In this document: piece by piece, positions 54,194 to 64,000 of the stretch
Layout: every line of letters starts with the position of its first letter
How positions within the stretch are numbered: position 1 is the first letter of the stretch
Source of the DNA: Botryllus schlosseri
Taxonomy: Eukaryota
NCBI GenBank assembly: GCA_051294905.1
Contig: CM119371.1
Span: forward strand, 25,732,001-25,796,000
DNA length: 64,000 nucleotides
Direction: 5' to 3'
Made by a program: the position numbers and the translations under genes
The notes under the pieces: model-generated
Told to the model about the DNA's origin: nothing
Seen by the model: the letters and a program-made list of their open reading frames with translations, nothing else
The model's database searches: none

Positions 54194-57189
54194 CTGAAAA
54201 ACATCCGCGGGTCGGATCAAGCTTGCGACGGGATATTCATCGGCACCCAGACAGTTTCCGGTGTTACATGATAATGCGACCATCTGTCACTGTCTGTCAC
54301 AGTCCCCGCTCGATTTTAGTGACTGTAGTTTATTATTTAGTTCTTTTTTTTCTTTGTGTTGTGCGTCACCGAAATAATCTAAACTTTACAACAGGATAAA
54401 GATAGCAATGACACTACTTGTTCGGTTCGGGTCAACATACATTGGCTATAGGAAACATTTTCCACCATGAACATATACAAAACAAAGCTTTGTTGTCATC
54501 TGGCTGATGTTCACATTCAGTTCTAACTGAGGGTTTGTACGTTCGTCATGCAGCTAGAGTTCAAAGATCTTGTTGAAAACAATGATCGACCGTTGGTCGC
54601 TAAGCTTTAAAATTGAAGCTTACATTGAATACAATTTATTCCATGTGTAGATAGGTGGATGAATACTTGAATAATGTATAAAGTCAGGATTCCAGGCCGC
54701 CGAGAACTTCGTTTTCTCATATCAGGCGCACCGACTGGAGAAGTTGCCAACCGGTGCAACAATTCAAGCGAAGGACACGACGGGAAATGATTTGTCGGAT
54801 GCCACTCCGATCATGTTTCATACGAGGAACACTTCGGCGCCAGATCGATGTAACCGACTATGGCTAGCTTTTTCATCGCTGGGCTAATCCCGGCACGGAC
54901 GCCTTGCAGGAAGAAATGGCGATATCATCTGAGTACTTGCAATATTAAAGAAGAGATATACTAGGTGGCCTCATGACAGACACATGAATTGGAGTCCAAC
55001 CTAATTGCTCTTGTATCTATGCCCAATAACAGAGACGAAGCGAAGGTCTAACTTCTAGGACTCCTAAATTTGAATTCAAGGGCATATAAGTATATCTACT
55101 CACCCCTTACCCCTTCGCGATATAAGTGACTTGCGTATTCTGTTCAACTGTACATTAACTCCGAACGAATAAATGTAAGTTGCAATATAAAATTATTATT
55201 ATTTTATCATCATCAAAAACCTATGATTCGAAGACAATGTAAAATGGTATTGAAGTAGGCCTATTTATCAGGGTCTAATCCGACATCGAGAAGATTTGCA
55301 GTGGCTCGTAAGGTAAGTCTCGAAATTAGTTATAAAACCACAAAAATAAATTGCCCTGGTAATTGATTTTGAATTTACTAGGCCAATCAATACTGGTGTA
55401 GCCTTACCACAAAAGTTGAAATGTTGGTGACTAAAAACTCATTTCCTACGCATTTGCGTATCCAGGGGCCAGCCACAATTTCTTAGACTTTTGTAAATGA
55501 CCATAGAGTCGAATGTTTCCTGGCAGATTTATTTGACTTTAAATTTTCTTATAACTTCCCGCGATTACACCTATGCAATATACACGCAACTTAGATAACG
55601 AAATTACTACACTATAATCATTTGAGCGATAATTGTGAAATTTGACAGTGTTGCTTACCGTGAGAGATGGCGAGATTTCGCATGGAATAACCAGATTAGA
55701 TATTCTAACTCTGTCCGAAGTGTGGTGTCAAGTTTGTAACTCAGGACGAAAATATTTATTATTGAAGGCGAGTGTATATTGAGGTCTGCGCTGATATGAG
55801 ATCCAGTCTACCTACGGAACAGATTTTACACAAACGCCGGCGTTGCTCTATATCGACTGTCCTAGAACAGATGCATATTTATTTCTATTGAGAAGTAACA
55901 CGCACTTCAGGATTCATGTTGAGCTGTTAGCAAGCAGTCTCCATTCATCTGGTTGTCTATAATAGACAATGCAAAAGAAGCCCTTTATCTCTTAGCAATG
56001 ATTCAAAAGAAAAATAGTTCAGGAACAAATTTCCTCGATTCCGATAAAATGCGAAAGTATATGGAAACTGGAGAAGAAGAACTAGCATGAGAAGTACAGG
56101 TGGAGATCAATGACGATATATTCTTTCAATTTATCATGATAAGTATCCTGTTTCTTTTATTATTTTAAAACAAGCCTAAAGGGCCATATAGTTAGGTCAT
56201 GTACCAGAGTGAACAATTCGTTTCTACATAATACACCAACAATAGAAGGTTTATTGTTTGCAAACTTTTACGATTTACGAAATAGGAGTGTGCTGTCACA
56301 AAATGCATTGCCGATTATGTCTACAGGACATATGTATAAAGATAGATAATGTGAAGAACTAAATTTGGTACGGGGCTATAAATCACAATCTTTAAACGAA
56401 AGAGTCGTATATAAAAATGATACCTGGTACTGAGTTAAAAAAGTTGCGTCCACGTTTAAATTTATGGGTCGAAAAGAGGTCCTGATCGAAAGAAGACAGA
56501 GAACAACTGGATTCAAGTTCACCGAAAACTTATAGTTATTCTGTTCTACAACAACCCAGGTTTCATCATTGAAGATGATTTCAAAAGCAATATTTCATCT
56601 GTTACTGTTGCACGCTGACCGTCATGTCTCCAACGATAGCCAAAATACATACCGAAAAAATCTGTTGTGATAGTTCTGAGCACAGAATCGGATTCAGCGA
56701 ATCCTTAAATTATCATATATATATCAATCATTAAAACTTTTGGCCCAAATTTTTTCCCGAAATATGTGGACCAGTGTAATATACCAACATGTAATGGAAT
56801 CACAAGATACAGGAGACATGACCGAATGCCATTCATGGTCTTCTTGAAATGGTGGGGAGTTCCGTTATGGTAGCTCGATGTCCAGGACAATGTCAAAGTA
56901 GTAAACAACATTACTATTCGGTAGCAGATAGCCGTGAAATACTAGCAGATTTTCAATATCTGTATGCCCATTATGTAATGCATCTTTTGACACAGCTTGT
57001 TTTTCTTACACTCAACGCAGTTTAGTACAATGTATAACTTTCTGTAATCGTTGCAGCTGTCCGGTATAATGAAATCTGTCGTCTTGATGCTGAACAGTTG
57101 GAGATTGAAATTGTAACACTGTAAAATGACCTCCACTTCATGAAAACTTTTGGTGCCTTGTTGATATGGAAAAGTACAGTGGTCTACAC

Positions 57190-57542
57190 CAGTGGTTCCC
57201 AACGTGGGCGATATCGCCCCCCTGGGGACGATTTGGCAGTCTAGGGGGCGAAAATGACGAAGGGGGCGACAGGGGGGCGAAAATGGACAAAGGGGGAGAC
57301 TGGGGGGCGATAGGGGGGCGATGACACTTCAAAACGGCTGACCTTTTTTTGTCAACCCACGGAAATTTAGTTACAAAAGTGTGTCAAATTAGAAGTCGAG
57401 CCGAAAATTTGACCTTTTTTTTAGTCAACCCGCCGGTGATTACAGTTTGTATGCCCGATTTTCGTTACACAAATTTAGGGGGCGATGATCGGTGTCGACC
57501 TTGAAAAGGTGGCGATGGGTCGAAAAAGGTTGGGAACCACTG
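57190..57542. mobile_element. hAT MITE (family of 15465-15790)
   Basis: Perfect TSD GTCTACAC, which overlaps the terminus of family B copy 2. Confidence 0.9.
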
Positions 57543-58425
57543 GTCTACACTGAAAAAAATCTGGTAGATTTACTGGGAAATTTCTGTAAATTTTGCAACG
57601 AATTACCAGTCGCAGCCAATAACTGTGAATAGCTTGTAATTTTACATTTTGATATGTAATATTACCTTAATTTAGCTGTAAAATCAAGTTACCAGAATTT
57701 CTTTCGCAAAATTACTGGCAGTTACTCGTTCCTGCAGTTTATCAGGCTATTGGCAAAATTGATTAGCTTGAAAATCGCTGCGGCAAATGTTATACATGGA
57801 ACTGAATGGAACTGAAAGGGACTATATGTAATGATTAATGTTTCCGTAAGAAAAAAATACGACCTACATCAAACATTATAACGTGGCCAGTAAATATTAT
57901 TGGTGGCATGTCAGCGGATGGATACCACTCATTTTGAAATCGTTCGAGTGTCGTATCGTCGGCTGGCCATTATCGAGATTTGAGCAAAGGGTGGAGCGCC
58001 AATATGGAATCGGTGTCTCGCTAAACGTACCGGGATTCCAACCCGGATGGAGCGAAGCTTGTTTTGCTTGAAGAAAGTGGATCGTTGAAGATTCCTAGGA
58101 ATGCTGAATGGGATACGCATCGTAAAAGGTACAGTACTGCATTGTATTTGTTACCGTGAATATCTACGACTGTGCACACCACCGGGATGACTTTGATTTC
58201 ATTATTGAAATATTTCATTCGCCGCATTCTCTGTTCTATTTTGGGATATTAGTCGACATACATAGTGACCTGTGACACCACATACTCTGCCACAGAGGAG
58301 TTGAAACTGTTGGCTTGTTCATGTAATTTTCGGGCCATAGCATAGAGATGTTTCCATCCACTGCTGGATTTGTTTGGCACACATGCCACCTCAAATGAGG
58401 AACCTTTTGCTTCAATACATTAGAT

Positions 58426-61400
58426 CAGTGGTTCTCAACCTGCGGGGCGCGAGAAATTGACTAAGTCTGTCTGAATAGGCCTTTTGCAGGACTTCGATCA
58501 CGTGACTAGATACGCATAGCAACCACAAATTGGTTAGCAAGCTACTTTCTCGCGCACCTACTTCAGTGCTAAATATCGCATAGAGTACTGTTGATTTCTG
58601 GTTGTAAACGTTTCGGAAATTTGTTGTAGAAGTCATCAGAGATTCACGTACGCTAGATGTCAATCCTGTACAAAGCACATAGAATGATATCGTCAGAATT
58701 ACGCAGAAATCCATCGTTAACGTAGTCGTATTACGGTACTCGACTCTGATCATATGTACTTAAATTTATGTATTTGAAGTAAAGCGATTGGTTTATATTC
58801 TGGTAAGAGTATTTGTTAGTTCAAGCAGTACTATTTGTATGTTGTGGAGCCTGATTTTGGATGGAAGATATGACTGAAGCAGCCGGGACCCGCAAGGATC
58901 AGGATATACTGTCTGCTGGTTTGGGTGCTGGCATGCTGCTATAAAACAAATGTCGCTGAACACATCGGAAGTATCTTTTGGGAGAACATGCCATCAAGAC
59001 TAAGCAAAGCAGTACACTTTATTGTTGCGTTGTACAATGCCGATTTTATAAGCACTATACTTCGCAACTGCGATTGAAGTGGATTTGGCAAATTACACGC
59101 GATTTTGATAAATAGTTTATGTCACATATGTGCGCTATTCAGCGAACTAAGGGAAGTAACTATCAAATAACTCTTAGAGCAGCTCAAACGCAGTGACAAG
59201 ATCGTTCATCCTATACCCAGAGGTGGTCAACGTGGTCATTGTTGGGAACCGAGTAAAAGTAATGCCTTAATTTATACTCCAGTACAAGTAGCACTAATTA
59301 CTTCCAGGGCATGTCCAAAGTACTTCAAATGGAAGTAGAAATGAATTTCTGAAAAGTAGTCAAGAAATTCGTTACATGAAGTAGATTTGGTTGAGGGTCA
59401 CTTAGTTCTAGAAATTGATGCCATGTGACAACTGTAAACATTGTATGTTGCATCTTCCTGATCAACGCGAAAGGTGATGACACCAGAAATAGGTGCAATT
59501 TTCAAAAATTATTTTAGTTACCGTGGTACTGGGGCTATTTTGCCCAGTTGTTATGACAACCTCTCGCTTGAAGGGGATGCAATCATGCGCCAAAGCTACT
59601 TTCTAGTTGACAAAATCATAAACCTAACAAAAAAGTACTACCTAAAAAGTGTCAAGTAGAAGTGGAAGTAGCCTAAACTCATAATGACGCTAGTACTCGG
59701 GTAAAATAGTACTTCGTTGCTGACCCCCTCTGTGTATTGGTTCAACCAACTCAGAAACATCCTCTAAAGACGAGTAACATTGTTTCTTTTGCATTGACTT
59801 CGTGATATTCTGAACTTATGATATTATTTGATTCATTGAATTTACAAATAAACTTGCAAAGAAGTGCAATTTAATAATTTTTGTGCATTCGATACCCAGA
59901 GCATAAGAAATAATTGAAGAAAAATGCATGTTAACCTTATCAAGTTCAATAACTGCCGAGATTCTTATACATATGTATTTTCCTCTATCTCCATAGCCAC
60001 TTGTCTTGACATATTCATAGCATCCACGGGAGAGCGCTTGTCTTGCTGTACACAAATGAAATATCATTTTCAAAGCAAACATCAACATCGGGAAAGAATT
60101 TCAGGACAGCTAGTTAGTGGTCAGATCATATGCTGACATTTTCTGTAGGCATGAAACCACGCTGCCTTCTAACGCATGACCGAATTTTATGTGGTGATAG
60201 TAATTGGCTCCAGGCTGAATTCTTGGCGAGGGCATCATCAATTGCTTAGTTGCCTATGTTCGCCTCTCTTGGGATAATCCATCAGATCATTAATTCGTAT
60301 ACATGTGGTATAGCCATGTCTTGAAACTCAAGATATTTGCACTGTGCCATAGAGTGAAGTAATCCAATCCAGGCAATCAATCAAGTAATCCAGGCCTCGG
60401 GACAGTTTGTTGCACCCTCAATTGGAGTTGATGATCATTTTTCTTCGGGTAGTGGCACTTGGCAGCATGACAGAATGATCAATAACTTGTAATATAGGTG
60501 TAGAGGTCTAAATATTTTGAATTGTTTAACTGAGAAGCCATACAATAGCATAGGATGTTTAATATATATATGGTATGTAGCACATTGCATGAATTCATAA
60601 CACATCAACGTACTGACACTGGCAGTCATTGTCCCTAGGCTTAAAAATAGCAGTATCCTATATATATATTGCAATCGATATCAATTATCAAAATGCTGCA
60701 ATGATTACTAACTACCACTACAATACAACTATAGTATAGTATACTATCCACACCTAACTTAATGCTGCAATAAATATCACGCAGTCAATGTCCTGCAATG
60801 TCGAATTTTGTGTCATAAAATCATAGTTGACTACCAAATAACGGCTACAATGTCGATCATTTTGACGCAAGGAGTTTACATAGATCATGAATCAAAGACA
60901 TCCAACATATTTGAATCCCTGTGCATTTCCATGACACTTGCGTTTTATATAAAACGTTTACAGCCCGAAAACGATAATATACTGTATCCGAAGTACGGCT
61001 ACGTTAACGACGGATTTCTGCGTAATTCTGACGATATCATTCTATGTGCTTTGTACAGGATTGACATCTAGCATAGGTAAATATCTGATGACTTCTACAA
61101 CAAATTTCTGAAACGTTTACAACCAGAAATCAACAGTACACTATGCGATATTTAGAACTAAAGCAGGTGCGCGAGAAAGTAGCTTATTGCTACCCAATTT
61201 GTGGTTGCTATGCGTATCTAGTCACGTGATCGAAGTCCCGCAAAAGGCCTATCTGACTAAACACGTGTTTCACAACCATTTTCAGAAGACGATTGTTAAA
61301 GAAGAAAGTTATTTCGTATTCAAGAAAGCTCGCCAAATTCAAACTCCAGCAGTCGCACTCAACTTCATTTGAGCAAATTTTTGATATTCTTTGAAGATTT

Positions 61401-61734
61401 AGACTAGTAATTCCGACGTGTAAGTCATTCATTACTTCATAGATTTGGCAGTAGCCTAAAGCTCAGTGCGCCGGGTAGCTGTTAATAATAGCTGGCGAAC
61501 TGCACTGCTTAAGACAGACTTATATGCAATATAGGTTGCTATGCGGCGGCTATGCCCTGGAATGCAGCCTTAGGCTACCTAAGTAAATTGAAATGTGACC
61601 GTGATTAGCAAAAAGGTTGCCTATCTCTGTATTAGATAATGTGCTCTTTTTGACGTGACGATAAGTGTAGGGGGGCGCAAACTTTTTGGCCATCGCCGAG
61701 GGTGGTGCATTTCCAAAAAGGTTAAGAACCGCTG
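58426..61734. mobile_element. hAT family A copy inside family B copy 2
   Basis: Perfect TSD CATTAGAT; same insertion site as the A copy at 51131. Confidence 0.88.
58477..61250. mobile_element. Element with ~270-bp TIRs and AT TSD, possibly ISL2EU/PIF-related
   Basis: AT|AGGCCTTTTGCAGGACTTCGATCACGTGAC...CAAAAGGCCT|AT; empty site visible near 51180. Only faint transposase-like remnants inside, so the superfamily is tentative. Confidence 0.7.
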
Positions 61735-62484
61735 CATTAGATAAAGTAAGTCATGAATCTCTGCTATATCATGTAAAAGGCGGAGCCGACATCACACAAT
61801 GTACCAGTACCGGTACTTCAAAAATTGTTATATTTTTGTTAGCATATTTGTCTTAGTAGTTATTGTCATGTCTAGGTTAGGAACTTTGCTTAACATAGCG
61901 ACTTACTTTTTTTTTAATGGAACTGCAAGATACTAGTCATACAGAAGTAATAAAGATGGGAAAAAGAAACAATTGGAAGTTTATCCGGTGGTGGAATTAA
62001 TTCACCTTGTCTTGGGACCACTTGTGCTATATTTGCATTCCTCCTAAAGAAGAATTAGACCCCCAGCAGCAATACTTTTTCATCGTGAATCATGAATGAA
62101 TATACAGTTGTCCCAATGTCGTTTTTAGAGCGTGAAGAAACTTTTGCGGTATTTTGGCATCGCGTTGCTTTGGGATAGGTATGGATGTACGTTAATTTAG
62201 ATTATTTTAGAAGCTGGCATGTAATCTGATTTACAAAGGACAGCAAGTAGGGTTGTAGGTACTAGGTAGCCCGTAAAATCACAGTCTCGCTCGTAAATGT
62301 ACAGGAGAGAATGTAGATTGAATGTACCAGAGGTGACTGTAACATTACAGTCTGGCGTGTAAAGCTAGATGACCGGACGGGTGTAAGATGAGTCACATTG
62401 AGTGACGGTAATGTTATATTACTGCCAAGTGGCTGGCCACCCTGCTTCCAGACATTTCGCGGTAAATTTGTTTTGTGTGTATAT

Positions 62485-62660
62485 GCGCAGCAGCTATGAA
62501 GGTTGCAAGCGTGTTTGGTTTAACTTATCGTTGTGAATTAGCATTTACGAACATGAACTTCATCATCAACAAGCACGGAACACGCCTCACTAATCTACAT
62601 CTGGAACACTCACTCAGAGTTGCAGTGTCAAGTTACATACCAGAGTACAACGCACTAGTT
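62485..62660 (+). pseudogene. hAT (Charlie/SPIN-like) transposase C-terminal dimerisation domain fragment
   Basis: AAMKVASVFGLTYRCELAFTNMNFIINKHGTRLTNLHLEHSLRVAVSSYIPEY fits the FGSTYxCExxFSxM motif. Confidence 0.85.
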
Positions 62661-62744
62661 CAGGGGCGGGCAACATTCGGCCCGCAAAGAGATTTTGACC
62701 GGCCCGCAGAGAGTTTCTACCGTGAAAGTTAAATTCTTATCTGA

Positions 62745-63675
62745 AAGTACAATAGGATGTTATATTCATTTCGAAATGAACCCGAATATTTTCGGCTGAC
62801 ACTCGTCAGGGGTAATCGTCAGCAGCCAGCAGGGAATTGGAAAGAACATTGTATATCATCATCATCAGTGTATATTGTATATATGTGTGTCCAATAAATC
62901 AAAAAATTCGGTGTCCTGAACATAAAATATATACGGAACCTCCAAATTGCAAAGTTTATGTATTAGTTCCTCTGCGGCCACTGCCCCGAAAACTTCAATG
63001 ACTTCTTTACCTCGATCGTTATCAAAAGTGCATAAGTACAACACCCGCGCGTCCACGTTGTCCAACTATAATCTAGTCGACTAAAAATATCATCGCTTTA
63101 TCAAATATGCCGGACCTGAAGTGTGGAACAATATCTCGCCGACTATCCGACAGTCGTCAAGCATGTCCACATTCAAGTCGAAATAAAAGCAATTTCTGCT
63201 GAATGAATTCTAGTCAGTCCTCACCATTTACCGGACCACGACCTCACATATCGATTTCGCCTTCCGTCACTTGCCACCTGATTTTATCGCCTGCCACTTC
63301 ATATATCTTCTTAGTTTAATTCAGTGTGCATGCCTCCTATTTACATCACCTAGGCATTGCCCAGTGGGAGTCTGATCTTAAGACTACTCTTAGTCGTTTC
63401 AGCATCTTCCTATCATCCATTGTATTGCAGTCTTGTGATGTTTTGAAGTGATGAAATTTTATGAATAAATTTGAACTTGAAATGTTCTTAAAATGGTACA
63501 TTGAACGCTCTCTTATTTGAGATTACATTCCAAGCAGGTGACATCATATTTTGTGATAAGATTGTTGATATACAATGTTCTTTCCAATTCTCTACTAGTT
63601 GCTGACGATTACCTCTGACGAGTGTCAACCGAAAACATCCGGGTACATTTCAATATGAATATACCATTCAATTGT
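62745..63675. repeat. Inverted pair (62745-62860 / 63565-63675) with minimal hammerhead-like motifs, Penelope-like pLTR candidates
   Basis: Minus strand 62779-62816: ACCC CTGACGA GTGTCAGCC GAAA ATAT TC GGGT. The plus-strand copy is at ~63610-63647. Confidence 0.6.
62885..63480 (+). mobile_element. 5'-truncated CR1/L2-group LINE
   Basis: Decayed peptide LQIAKFMY...HKYNTR...IKYAGPEVWNNISPTIRQSSSMSTFKSK; 3' end AATAAATTTGAACTTGAA. Confidence 0.8.
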
Positions 63676-63802
63676 TTATTGAAGTTCTGTACCTCCAAGA
63701 AGTTCTTTAATCTGAAAGTATTGACAAATTTTATGCGTCACAGAATGAATCCAAGTTTGCCAACCAGGGAAAGATGGACAATTGGACATGAAACTACTTG
63801 CT

Positions 63803-64000
63803 CTGTTCGCAGTTGGTTAAACACTGCAGTCACGACATCGATGGTTGATGGTTCGAGTCTCGGCTCTGCCATGTTTCTATGTGTCGGAGGTTTATCTGGG
63901 CTCCTCATCGCCGATCCCGCTGTAATACAGCGCATTGAAATGCCCAGACGAAGAGAGAGCCGAACTCATGAAAGGAGGCAGCAAATGAGCCGAAAAAAAG
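63803..64000 (+). mobile_element. tRNA-derived SINE (family of 38347-38649), cut by the window edge
   Basis: High similarity to 38355-38545. Confidence 0.85.

Larger units (their letters stand above)
57548..62479. mobile_element. CACTG-terminal family B copy 2, with degenerate right end
   Basis: Collinear with 49828-52826: 57548-58425 matches 49828-51130 with a deletion, and 61743-62470 matches 52095-52810. Confidence 0.8.

Overview
AT-rich, intron-containing eukaryotic DNA. The style of its LDLa exons and its transposon content suggest a marine invertebrate, probably an ascidian (inference). No prokaryotic operon, rRNA or CRISPR array is present, and most listed ORFs are spurious. The window holds: (1) 1-10728, a MITE-free block with a near-perfect giant palindrome (arms 1-3188 and 4053-7198, 864-bp spacer), a 41-bp minisatellite in each arm and subterminal tandem repeats, ending in TATATACTACT (AGTAGTATATA on the minus strand). 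(2) 23017-33718, a different ~10.7-kb element with 1.7-3 kb inverted arms that start AGTAGTATAT and enclose a decayed C2H2 zinc-finger array. Both have Polinton/Maverick-type termini, but I recognise no Polinton core gene, so they are candidate giant non-autonomous fold-back derivatives. (3) Dense, multiply nested non-autonomous hAT, Kolobok-like, CACTG/EnSpm-like and ISL2EU-like elements, many with clear target-site duplications, plus tRNA-derived SINEs, LINE 3' fragments and an inverted pair of minimal hammerhead-like motifs. (4) Scattered minus-strand exons (36.5-54.2 kb) of a host gene with LDL-receptor class A repeats, possibly a GRL101-like LDLa-GPCR. Coordinates were read by eye and may be off by a few bases.
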